In this document: positions 24,811-32,000 of the stretch, in pieces
How the letters are laid out: every line of letters starts with the position of its first letter
Numbering within the stretch: the stretch's first letter is position 1
NCBI GenBank assembly: GCA_900234795.1
Contig: LT962688.1
Location: 1,920,001-1,952,000 of the forward strand
Length of the DNA stretch: 32,000 nt
Reading direction: 5' to 3'
From: Methylorubrum extorquens
GTDB lineage: Bacteria; Pseudomonadota; Alphaproteobacteria; Rhizobiales; Beijerinckiaceae
The notes under the pieces: generated by a model
Seen by the model: only the letters and a program-made list of their open reading frames with translations
Databases searched by the model: none
What the model was told of the DNA's origin: nothing
Program-made: the position numbers and the translations under genes

Positions 24811-25349
24811 CAGAACACGGCCTCGGCCGCGCCGAGGAGCACGCGCAGGTCGGCCTGCAGCGAGGCGCGCCCGTCGCTGCGCCCCTGCGCGAAGCCGGCG
24901 TCGAAGGCGCGCACGAGCTCCTGCACGGACTCGACCGACAGGCCCCGCGGGATCGTCAGCAGGGGGTCGAGGACGCCGTCCTGCCGCAGGTCCAGGCCGC
25001 CCTTGCCCGAGACGAGATAGCGCCCCCAGCCGACGTCGCCGACTGCCTCGATCGCGAGCTCGTCGGCGTGCTCCTGGTGGGCATCCTGCATCCGGTCGCG
25101 CAGGTCCGCGAGCCGGACGTAGGGGATCGAGCCGGGGCTGCGGCGCTCGTCCTCGTAGGCGATGACCCAGCGCGTGGTCGCATCGTACGCCCGGTAGCTG
25201 GCCGACACCGCGGCCGGCACCTTCGGGACGGCCGCGGGCACGTGCGCTTCGATGATGACCTGCACGAGGTCACGGACCTCCGCGTCGGTGAGACCGTCGT
25301 GCGGGACGACCGGGATGGGCCGGAGCGTCACCGGGGTGTGCGCGTTCAT
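24810..25349 (-). CDS. Hypothetical protein (179 aa), second gene of the cassette
   Basis: I chose the internal ATG at 25349 (MNAHTPVTLRPIPVV...). The 196 upstream codons of the 375-aa ORF are Arg/Pro-rich and overlap the neighbouring gene in another frame. Confidence 0.55.
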   Translation of the reverse strand: MNAHTPVTLRPIPVVPHDGLTDAEVRDLVQVIIEAHVPAAVPKVPAAVSASYRAYDATTRWVIAYEDERRSPGSIPYVRLADLRDRMQDAHQEHADELAIEAVGDVGWGRYLVSGKGGLDLRQDGVLDPLLTIPRGLSVESVQELVRAFDAGFAQGRSDGRASLQADLRVLLGAAEAVF

Positions 25350-25441
25350 GGGGCGGTCTTTCGGCAGGGGCGGCCTCGGCACGCCCGGGATTGCTGAATG
25401 GGGGTGAAGGGGCCGGGGGTCGGACCCAGCCGGGCGGCGCG

Positions 25442-25888
25442 TCAGTCGGCGGCGGGGACGTAGCCGAGGCCGCGGCTCTCTTCGGCGAGATCGAGGGCCT
25501 CGGCGTAGCTCGCGCAGTCCCGGCTCGTCCGGCCGTCCGTCACGATCCAGAGCGACGCCTCGCCGCCGTCCGGGGTGCAATCGAAGCCGAGGCGCCCGAG
25601 GGCTGTGATCCTGATCGTCACGGCGCCGCTGCGGGCGGCGCATGCCTGCTGCTGCTGGACCGGCTGCAGGACCATCTCGGCCCGGTCGTGCTCGGCGAGC
25701 TGCTCGCGGAGGGTTGCGGCGCTCGTGCGGACCCCGGCGAGCAGCCAGGCATCCAGCGCAGGAGACCCGCCGTTGACGGCTCTCCTGCGCTCGATCTCGG
25801 CGACGACCTCGCGGCCCTCCTGGGCGTTGATCCTGATGCGAGAGAGGAGCTCGTCGCGGGTGACGGCGGAGCGGTCGATCGATTTCAT
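25442..25888 (-). CDS. Hypothetical protein (148 aa), first gene of the cassette
   Basis: Protein-like composition (MKSIDRSAVTRDELLSRIRINAQEGREVVAEIERRR...), whereas the overlapping plus-strand ORF 25391..25978 is Gly/Ala/Arg-rich. No family recognised. Confidence 0.55.
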   Translation of the reverse strand: MKSIDRSAVTRDELLSRIRINAQEGREVVAEIERRRAVNGGSPALDAWLLAGVRTSAATLREQLAEHDRAEMVLQPVQQQQACAARSGAVTIRITALGRLGFDCTPDGGEASLWIVTDGRTSRDCASYAEALDLAEESRGLGYVPAAD

Positions 25889-25975
25889 GTTCGCGGTGTC
25901 CCAGCGAGTGAGGGAGCTGCTCTGAAGAACTGCTCAACGTCCATCAATGTATGGACTACCCCTACCGAAAGCAAG

Positions 25976-26000
25976 TGATCCGCCCCCAGCGGAGTGGTCC
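25976..26000. repeat. IS left terminal inverted repeat
   Basis: TGATCCGCCCCCAGCGGAGTGGTCC. It matches the reverse complement of the right end (TGATCTGCCCCCACCGGGTGGTCC) at 22 positions, with 2 mismatches and 1 indel (hand alignment). Confidence 0.8.
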
Positions 26001-26038
26001 GCCCTTTAGTATGGCTTTCGAGCCAGGAGGACGGATCG

Positions 26039-26317
26039 ATGTCGAGGAAGCGACCCAAGCCTGAGGAGATTGTCGCGAAGCTGCGCCAAGCCGACGTGCT
26101 GATCGGTCAAGGTACGAGCGTGGCGGAGGCAATCCGGGCGATCGGCGTGAGCGAGGTTACCTACTACCGCTGGCGTCGTGAGTTCGGCGGGCTGAAGACC
26201 GATCAGGTCCGGCGCATGAAGGACCTGGAGACGGAGAACCAGCGGCTCAGGAAGGCGATTGCAGACCTGACGCTCGACAAGCTCATCCTGCAGGAGGCGG
26301 CACGGGGAAACTTCTGA
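26039..26317 (+). CDS. IS3-family transposase OrfA (HTH)
   Basis: The ATG at 26039 is preceded by AGGAGG. MSRKRPKPEEIVAKLRQADVLIGQGTSVAEAIRAIGVSEVTYYRWRREFGGLK plus a leucine-zipper-like LETENQRLRKAIADLTLDKLIL are typical of OrfA. Confidence 0.9.
   Translation: MSRKRPKPEEIVAKLRQADVLIGQGTSVAEAIRAIGVSEVTYYRWRREFGGLKTDQVRRMKDLETENQRLRKAIADLTLDKLILQEAARGNF
26305..26311 (+). promoter_or_regulatory. Candidate -1 programmed ribosomal frameshift heptamer G GGA AAC
   Basis: It fits the X XXY YYZ pattern in the orfA zero frame (cgG GGA AAC ttc tga), two codons before the orfA stop. The -1 frame (GGG AAA CTT CTG AGC...) is open from here into orfB. Confidence 0.55.
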
Positions 26318-26352
26318 GCCCCGCGCGCCGACGCGCCTGTGTCGAGCACATC

Positions 26353-27222
26353 ATGCTGACGATGAACGTCTCCGAGCGGCGCACCTGCCGGGCGCTCGGT
26401 CAGCATCGCTCGACGCAGCGCAAGGTGCCGCGGGGCCGGGAGGATGAGGCCGCGCTCACCGCCGACCTCGTCGCGTTGGCCGAGCGGTATGGCCGCTACG
26501 GTTACCGCAAGATCTGCGCGCTGCTGAAGGCCGCCGGCTGGTTCGTCAACGACAAGCGCGTCGAGCGGATTTGGCGGCGTGAAGGGCTGAAGGTGCCGAC
26601 CCGCCAACCCAAGCGCGGGCGCCTCTGGGACAACGACGGCTCCTGCTTGCGGCTGCGGCCTGAGCGGCGCGACCACGTCTGGTCCTACGACTTCGTCGAA
26701 GCGCGCACCCACGATGGCCGGAAGGTGCGCATGCTCAACGTGATTGACGAGTTCACCCGCGAGTGCTTGGCGATCCGGGTCGCACGCAAGCTCAAGGCAG
26801 TCGACGTGATCGACGTCTTGTCCGACCTGTTCATACTGCGCGGCGTGCCCGAGCATGTTCGCTCGGACAATGGCCCTGAGTTCGTGGCCAAGAGCGTGCA
26901 GGCTTGGATCATGGGGGTGGGCGCGAAGACGGCCTACATCGCGCCAGGATCGCCCTGGGAAAATGGCTTCGTCGAAAGCTTCAACGCACGGCTACGCGAC
27001 GAACTGCTGGACGGAGAGATCTTCTATAGCTTGCGGGAGGCGCAGATCCTGATCGAGAGCTGGCGGCGGCACTACAACACCGTCCGCCCGCATGGCGCAC
27101 TCGGCTATCGGCCGCCCGCGCCAGAGGTCTTCTTACCCGCGTTCACCGCTTGGCCGGCTGCGCTCACCCCACCGGCTCCGCCGGCCAAGCGACCCGTGGA
27201 GCAAAGGCCAACCGTGCACTAA
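26353..27222 (+). CDS. IS3-family transposase OrfB (rve/DDE integrase-like domain; probably made as an OrfAB fusion)
   Basis: 289 aa from the first ATG. HVWSYDFVEARTHDGRKVRMLNVIDEFTRECLAI, SDNGPEFVA and SPWENGFVESFNARLRDE correspond to the D, D and E regions. The frame is -1 relative to orfA. Confidence 0.9.
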   Translation: MLTMNVSERRTCRALGQHRSTQRKVPRGREDEAALTADLVALAERYGRYGYRKICALLKAAGWFVNDKRVERIWRREGLKVPTRQPKRGRLWDNDGSCLRLRPERRDHVWSYDFVEARTHDGRKVRMLNVIDEFTRECLAIRVARKLKAVDVIDVLSDLFILRGVPEHVRSDNGPEFVAKSVQAWIMGVGAKTAYIAPGSPWENGFVESFNARLRDELLDGEIFYSLREAQILIESWRRHYNTVRPHGALGYRPPAPEVFLPAFTAWPAALTPPAPPAKRPVEQRPTVH

Positions 27223-27232
27223 CTCTATGCCT

Positions 27233-27256
27233 GGACCACCCGGTGGGGGCAGATCA
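27233..27256. repeat. IS right terminal inverted repeat
   Basis: GGACCACCCGGTGGGGGCAGATCA. See the left-repeat entry. Confidence 0.8.
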
Positions 27257-27258
27257 GC

Positions 27259-27546
27259 AAGATCCTCTGCCGTGATCATGAGCTTCATGAATTCGGCTAC
27301 TTCAGCGTCACATACGAGCAGGCCCAGGTTGCGCGAAAATATGGCTGGGGCTGTCGGGCTGGCGTCGTCCTCGACGGAGAGCACGACAACGAATGGAGCT
27401 GGGCCTACGCTGAGGAGGAGCGACGGGACGCGCTTCAGAATGGTGAGAAGCCGCCCCTAGTCCCGATCTACCGAGAGGCGCCAGTTTGCCCGCTCGATAC
27501 GTCTCCTTCCTGCCCGATCGCTGCAGGTAGGCAGGCTTCTCCCTGA
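27259..27546 (+). other. Start-less open frame with protein-like composition abutting the IS (possible gene remnant)
   Basis: The frame reads KILCRDHELHEFGYFSVTYEQAQVARKYGWGCRAGVVLDGEHDNEWSWAYAEEERRDALQNGEKPPLVPIYREAP...* with its stop at 27544-27546. It contains no ATG, GTG or TTG, so it is absent from the ORF track. Confidence 0.25.
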
Positions 27547-27624
27547 TTGCGGTAGGACTACAATCTATCAGCTCGCCTGCATCGAGTTCACGTCAGTGTT
27601 GCTGTTGGCCGCCGATTGACAGCA

Positions 27625-27657
27625 GCTCTCTGCACCTCGGCTCGGAGCGCAGAGAGC
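27625..27657 (-). terminator. Stem-loop downstream of the phasin gene
   Basis: The arms GCTCTCTGC (27625-27633) and GCAGAGAGC (27649-27657) lie 18 nt beyond the stop at 27675. The following T-tract is weak. Confidence 0.35.
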
Positions 27658-27674
27658 AATCGTCTGAGGCCCAG

Positions 27675-28037
27675 TCAGGCGGTCTTCACAGGCTGAGTGG
27701 CACTGACGAGTTCCTTGGACTGACTCTGCAGGCCAGCGAATTGCGTGCGGACGTAGTCTGACTGGAGCTGCAGGGCGTCCTGCAGGCTGTTGGCTCGCAC
27801 CAGCTTCTGCGTGAGGTCGAATGTGGCGGTAAGGTTCTGCTCAAGGAGCTCAAGACTGCGCATGTAAGCGACGCTGGCAGGCAGCTCGGCGGTCCTTGTC
27901 TGCGCCTGCACGCTCTCTGTGGCCTTGCGGGTGTTCTGAGAGACAGCGACGAACGCGGCGCGCGCATGCTCGACGCTCTTTTCTGCGAAATCGCGCAACT
28001 CGGCCGGGACTGCGAAGCTTGGCTAGGTGATGTTCAT
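27675..28037 (-). pseudogene. Phasin-family (PHA granule-associated) gene with an in-frame TAG at codon 5
   Basis: The ATG at 28037 has a GAGAGG ribosome-binding site. The frame reads MNIT-TAG-PSFAVPAELRDFAEKSVEHARAAF..., with the TAG at 28023-28025. The ORF track starts at the in-frame TTG at 27998 (107 aa). LQDALQLQSDYVRTQFAGLQSQSKEL is typical of alphaproteobacterial phasins. Confidence 0.7.
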
Positions 28038-28393
28038 GTTGCCTCTCAAAACACAACACCGCCCAATCAATTTGTGCGGAGCCAAAGCTGCATGGTGCGT
28101 CACGACGTAACCGTCAAGCTAAATGCGACGGCGACTCATGTTGTTGCAGCAGTTCGTTCTTCATGCCTGCGATCTCAAGGCGCCAGCCTGCGATTTCGTA
28201 TACGATATTTCAGATGTTTCTCATTGTGCGCAATCATGATGCACCGACTCTAATTGCATCAACTGCGAAGGGCGGATCTTGATGATTGTTGCTTACACAA
28301 GGAGCACCAAGGGCAAGCTTGTAAATTGTACCTTGGTGTGAAATGAAAGCTGAAAGCCTAGCGAGATGAAGAACTCGCGGGCGGGGGCATCAA

Positions 28394-28864
28394 ATGTTTG
28401 TCGACGAGTGCGATCTCTCGCCGCCTGAGCACGGCTGGAACTACGAGCCTGCACGTGCTGAGCTGCTCCAAAAGATATCCGCTCCTCTGTACACAACCGA
28501 TGCCGAGGGTTGGGTGACGTACTACAACGATGCCGCCGCCGAGCTGTGGGGGCGTCACCCTGTCCTCGGTAAGGAGCGCTGGTGCGGCTCCTGGCGCATC
28601 TACGATACGGATGGCGAACTGCTGTCACGCGAACAGTGGCCATTGGCGGTTGCTTTCCAGCAGAGCAGTGCTGTGCACGGTCTGCAAGCAATTCTCGAAC
28701 AGCCTGATGGTACTCGCGTGCCCGTGATGCCGCATCCGACCCTTCTGCGCGACAGATCGGGGATGGTAACTGCTGGCGCAAACATACTCCCAAAAAATGA
28801 CGAAACCGTCCGCACAGCACGGCCAATTCAGTGTCGCGGAGCTAGCGGGATACCCCGTGCCTGA
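28394..28864 (+). CDS. Stand-alone PAS-domain protein (kinase-less remnant of a PAS/HWE-type sensor)
   Basis: LYTTDAEGWVTYYNDAAAELWGRHPVLGKERWCGSWRIYDTDGELL...LEQPDGTRVPVMPHPTLLRDRSGMVTAGANIL matches the PAS module found at the N-terminus of Rhizobiales HWE histidine kinases. The similarity ends after GANIL, and no kinase domain follows. Confidence 0.7.
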   Translation: MFVDECDLSPPEHGWNYEPARAELLQKISAPLYTTDAEGWVTYYNDAAAELWGRHPVLGKERWCGSWRIYDTDGELLSREQWPLAVAFQQSSAVHGLQAILEQPDGTRVPVMPHPTLLRDRSGMVTAGANILPKNDETVRTARPIQCRGASGIPRA

Positions 28865-28926
28865 GCGGTCTCTCGCTTCAAGCTGAGATCAAGCCGAGAT
28901 TACAAGTGTTTCTGAGGGAGGCTGAG

Positions 28927-29172
28927 GTGCAGGTGTTGAACGTAACCCGGACAGCTGTGGCGCAGGAGCTCGTTGAGATCATCATACATCGCGCCCAGCG
29001 TGGCGGAACCTGCCCTGCACAGATGCTGCGCGAGCACGGCCGGCGTTTGGCTCTGCTTACCAAACTAGCGGCGGACATGCAGCTCCAAGCAGTTCTTGCT
29101 GAGCTGGATCGTCAGGCAACGAGGCTGGAGCTGAGCGCGGGGGTAAAGATAAGCGAAACAGTCTGCGCGTGA
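28927..29172 (+). CDS. Hypothetical 81-aa protein
   Basis: The GTG at 28927 is preceded by GGGAGG with a 5-nt spacer. The helical-looking sequence is VQVLNVTRTAVAQELVEIIIHRAQRGG...LQAVLAELDRQATRLELS. It sits in the low-G+C region and no family was recognised. Confidence 0.3.
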   Translation: MQVLNVTRTAVAQELVEIIIHRAQRGGTCPAQMLREHGRRLALLTKLAADMQLQAVLAELDRQATRLELSAGVKISETVCA

Positions 29173-30145
29173 ACTATACCATCCGCAGATGTCGTGGGGC
29201 GGCATTGTTTTCCTAATGCGCCTAGCGAGCAGCTCGCCCTGCTACCCTGACGGAATCGCTAGCAGATTTCATAGGGACAGCTCGAAAGCATGCGCACGTT
29301 CGGCGACTCGGTCTCAGGTAGCTTCAGCAGCAAGGCAGTTTTCGCTTCAGCGAACCTACTTCTTCAGTGCTCGGGCCCCCTAACCGATGTGCCGCACAGC
29401 TATAAATCCTTACATAAAGTAGAATAAATGGCCTGCTGCGTCCGGTTAGAACATCAGGCGACAGTCAGGCGAACAGCGCTTATGTGCGCAGCATGAGGTC
29501 AGCGGGTTGGTAAATCGATTGTCCGTTGGGCCTCACCCAACCTCCAGGCTCAATAAGTGCGAGCGTCTCCAGCTGCTGGCACACGTCAGCCGGGATAAGC
29601 AGGCAATTACGCAACCGCCTGCGGGACCATTTAGCAAGAAATCGGTACAAAACTGCCCGAGCCTCGCATTCATAGCCTTCCTCTCTGATCACGCCTCTGT
29701 GATCGTATGCCTCGGCCTTGGGGGGAAGAACCTATGAAGTTTAGCGAGCACCGCTTTCTACGAGCGATGTGCATGCGCCATGAGACTTGGATCAACCGGC
29801 GCTCTCCTCATGTGGCCGCTGTCATTCGCGGGGCCAAGCTCAAGAAGGCATCTTGTGCTAAGTCAAAGACCCAATCTTTGCCTCACAACGACAATGTGAT
29901 TGAATTAGTTTTGTCTGACAAAACGGGATGATCGCCCTCCGGCAGCGAGCCTTGCTTCTCAACCGCCGACCCGCAGTCTGGATCTCAAGGCGTGCGTGAA
30001 GCAAGAGGCCCAAGCATGGCCGTTGCTGGTCGATCACCCTGCCGAAAGGCAGAGCGTGCGAAGGTCCGAGCCGGGTTGCAAACGGGCCCTTGCGAGCGGG
30101 TGCAAGGCGTCAGATTCCAACCTCTGGAGGGCCGGAAGAAGATGA

Positions 30146-30661
30146 TCACTGACTTGATCGCTGCGGCCCAGCGCCGCCTCCATCAACGGAATGCGTCTGC
30201 AGGTATGCAATGACATCGGTCCGGTCGAGGGGATCGTGAAGTCCGCTAAAAGCCATGCTTGTACCCGGCGCGAACTTCGCAGGGGCGGCAAGCCAAGCGT
30301 CCAACCTTTCCGGCGTCCAGACGCCGCCCGCCGACCGGAGAGCCCCCGTGTAGCCGAAGCGTCGGCTGTTGCTCGCGACCAGCTTGCCAACCACGTCGTA
30401 GAGACCGGGGCCGTTTCGGTCGCCGGCTCCCATCTTAACCGTGTGACAGGCGGCGCACTGGCCGAACAAGCGACCGCCCCGTCCCGCGTCGGCCACCCGC
30501 ATGAAGTCGCCGAAGCCCGGGGTGTCGCCCAGGGAACGGCGGCGCTCCTGGCTATCATCCGAGCAGGCCGTGACGAGGAAGGCCAGCGCGAGTAGCATGG
30601 CAAGCTGGCTGAGTGAGGGACGACGGAGGAGGCGCGTCACCCGTTCAATCATGTGAACCAA
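30146..30661 (-). CDS. c-type cytochrome (class I, membrane-anchored or lipoprotein)
   Basis: Haem-binding CAACH. GPGLYDVVG and a distal GTSMAF Met-ligand region are as in cytochrome c2/c550-type proteins. The N-terminal hydrophobic segment ends in a lipobox-like LVTAC. Confidence 0.8.
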   Translation of the reverse strand: MVHMIERVTRLLRRPSLSQLAMLLALAFLVTACSDDSQERRRSLGDTPGFGDFMRVADAGRGGRLFGQCAACHTVKMGAGDRNGPGLYDVVGKLVASNSRRFGYTGALRSAGGVWTPERLDAWLAAPAKFAPGTSMAFSGLHDPLDRTDVIAYLQTHSVDGGGAGPQRSSQ

Positions 30662-30687
30662 CGTCTATCGTAGACATCCGCGCATAG

Positions 30688-31707
30688 TCAGAGAGGTCGG
30701 ACAGGTAAGAGCTTGCCGCGCACCAGCTGGCCCAGCGTCCTCAGCGCGATCCAACCGATGATCAGGTTGGCCGCGACGAATAGCGGAACTGCGAGGGACG
30801 CGCTCGGTCCTGCCAGCCCACGCTCCGTCAGGCGCAACGCGGCGAGCGGAAGGGCCGAGACGCCGAACGTGTAGGCCCAGGCCGCCGGCGAGAACGACTG
30901 CTGGCGCAGCCAGGGCACCAGCCGCACCATGACCATGGCATGAAGTAGGGCGTAGCCGAAGAGGATTTGAGCCAGCCGGTCTGGCGGCCCATCCGTAACC
31001 GCCAGGTAGGCGACGCAGGCTACCGCGGGTGGTGCTAGGTGCAGTCCGAGCGAGGCGCGCAGCGGCACCGGCAGGGTCTGCAGGATCAGCCTATGAATGA
31101 CGACCGATTCGAGCGTTAGCCACGACAGAAGACCGGCGCCGAAGTAGAGCAGGCCCAGTTCCTTCATGCCGAAGGCGGCGCATGTGATGGCCGCTACGAA
31201 GCCTCCGCCGACAGTGGGCATGTAGAGGATCGGCGTCGTCGCCTCGAAGGCACGGTCGCCCATCCAGAGGCCGCCCACGCCCCAGACGGCGAAGAGGGTC
31301 GCCCCGGCAAGCCCTGCCAAAGCCATCACCCAGGCGACGTCCGGCCAGTGCGGCGCAAGGCCAACGCTGGCGATCATCGTGGCGACGGGCGCCAAAGAGG
31401 CGAAGAACGAGGACGTCGGGTCTCGCGCCTCGATCAGCACCGTGTCCCGGTCGTTCAGCCACCGGGCGGCGTAGAAGACCAGCCACGCCGCCCAGACCAC
31501 CACGCCGAAGAGCGAGAGCGCCTCGCCTACCCAGGCCGGCGCCAACCCGAGGCGCGCGGCGGCGCGCCAGCCGTTGCCCAGACCGCAGAGCCCCAGAACC
31601 ATCCCGAAGAAGGTAGCCGGTACCCTGGTCCGTCGAAACCACGCGAAGTCACGCCGAAGTTTGATGGAGTCTTCTCGCTCCCCGGCCGGGCTAGCCACAT
31701 CAGACAC
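30688..31707 (-). CDS. TehA/TDT-family (tellurite-resistance / C4-dicarboxylate transporter-like) membrane protein
   Basis: 339 aa with about 10 hydrophobic spans. The N-terminal VPATFFGMVLGLCGLGNGWR is typical of TehA/SLAC1-like proteins (from memory). Confidence 0.75.
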   Translation of the reverse strand: MSDVASPAGEREDSIKLRRDFAWFRRTRVPATFFGMVLGLCGLGNGWRAAARLGLAPAWVGEALSLFGVVVWAAWLVFYAARWLNDRDTVLIEARDPTSSFFASLAPVATMIASVGLAPHWPDVAWVMALAGLAGATLFAVWGVGGLWMGDRAFEATTPILYMPTVGGGFVAAITCAAFGMKELGLLYFGAGLLSWLTLESVVIHRLILQTLPVPLRASLGLHLAPPAVACVAYLAVTDGPPDRLAQILFGYALLHAMVMVRLVPWLRQQSFSPAAWAYTFGVSALPLAALRLTERGLAGPSASLAVPLFVAANLIIGWIALRTLGQLVRGKLLPVRPL

Positions 31708-31708
31708 G

Positions 31709-32000
31709 TCAGACGACCGTGGAAATCGCGCCGGGCGGATGCGTCAGCAACGTCGCGAGCAGGCTCAACCCATACCGCAGCGTCTCGGCATCCGGTGCAG
31801 CGCCCAGAGAGACACGAATGGCCTCGGGAGCGGATCCGACAGCGAAGGCGTCGCTCAGGATGACCGATAGCCCGAGCTGCCTGGCATGAGCCCCGAACTC
31901 GCCGCGACGCCACGGCTCGGGAAGCCCAAGCCAGAGGTGGTGCCCGCAGGAATGCGCGCGGACATCAAGATTACACAAGGTCTCGCGCGCGATCGCCTGC
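31709..32000 (-). CDS. 3' end of a PLP-dependent aminotransferase / MocR(GntR)-like gene (5' part outside the window)
   Basis: The frame is open to the window edge. The C-terminal sequence HLWLGLPEPWRRGEFGAHARQLGLSVILSDAFAVGSAPEAIRVSLGAAPDAETLRYGLSLLATLL resembles the C-termini of class I/II aminotransferase-fold proteins. Confidence 0.55.
   Translation of the reverse strand, partial: QAIARETLCNLDVRAHSCGHHLWLGLPEPWRRGEFGAHARQLGLSVILSDAFAVGSAPEAIRVSLGAAPDAETLRYGLSLLATLLTHPPGAISTVV

Larger units (their letters stand above)
25976..27256 (+). mobile_element. IS3-family insertion sequence (1281 bp) with 5-bp target-site duplication
   Basis: It has terminal TG...CA imperfect inverted repeats, orfA plus orfB in the -1 frame, and a DDE/rve-type OrfB. 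GCAAG is present immediately outside both ends (25971-25975 and 27257-27261). Confidence 0.9.

Noticed and set aside
24810-25937. 375-aa ORF with an Arg-rich N-terminal half
   Set aside because: The upstream 196 codons overlap the better 25442..25888 gene in another frame and look like non-coding translation. The internal ATG at 25349 was preferred.
28023-28025. TAG in the phasin gene as programmed recoding (pyrrolysine or readthrough)
   Set aside because: There is no pyl gene context and no known precedent in this lineage. A nonsense mutation, a sequencing error or use of the downstream TTG is far more likely.
29948-29955. AGCCTTGC match to the tRNA-Gly anticodon-arm sequence as the second att copy
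   Set aside because: Only 8 nt match, in the opposite orientation to the remnant at 21072-21121, which is within chance expectation.
1-32000. CRISPR arrays, rRNA genes, long tandem repeats
   Set aside because: No regularly spaced direct repeats and no rRNA-like conserved segments were seen on reading through the window.

Overview
This is a high-G+C window with alphaproteobacterial, Methylobacterium/Rhizobiales-like codon usage, and it falls into two parts. The left ~21 kb looks core-like. (i) A tightly packed minus-strand operon (9432 down to 317, continuing past position 1) encodes an OprB-type porin, a DszA/NtaA-type LLM flavin monooxygenase, a complete Liv-type (HAAT) ABC importer and an SfnB/DszC-type ACAD-fold flavoprotein. 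(ii) A divergent plus-strand NitT/TauT-type ABC operon ends in OsmC-family and ACAD-fold genes. Together these look like an organosulfur (or related heteroatom) scavenging locus. (iii) The rest of the left part holds small secreted proteins (one secreted-PLA2-like), a Crp/Fnr regulator, and an orphan DegT-type aminotransferase. It also holds a ModE-HTH/PBP-domain regulator placed divergently from a serine-recombinase homologue that appears to have lost its catalytic motifs. At 21072-21121 the 3' half of a tRNA-Gly(GCC), with its terminator, marks the edge of an integrated element. The element carries a tyrosine integrase flanked by small ORFs, a metallophosphoesterase, and a translationally coupled four-gene orphan cassette. 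Next come an intact IS3-family IS with a 5-bp target duplication and a lower-G+C patch of decayed genes (a phasin with an in-frame TAG, a PAS domain without a kinase). The right edge returns to high G+C with a c-type cytochrome, a TehA-type transporter and the 3' end of a PLP-aminotransferase/MocR-like gene. I saw no rRNA gene and no CRISPR array. All family calls come from reading the translations and from memory of family motifs; no database search was possible.
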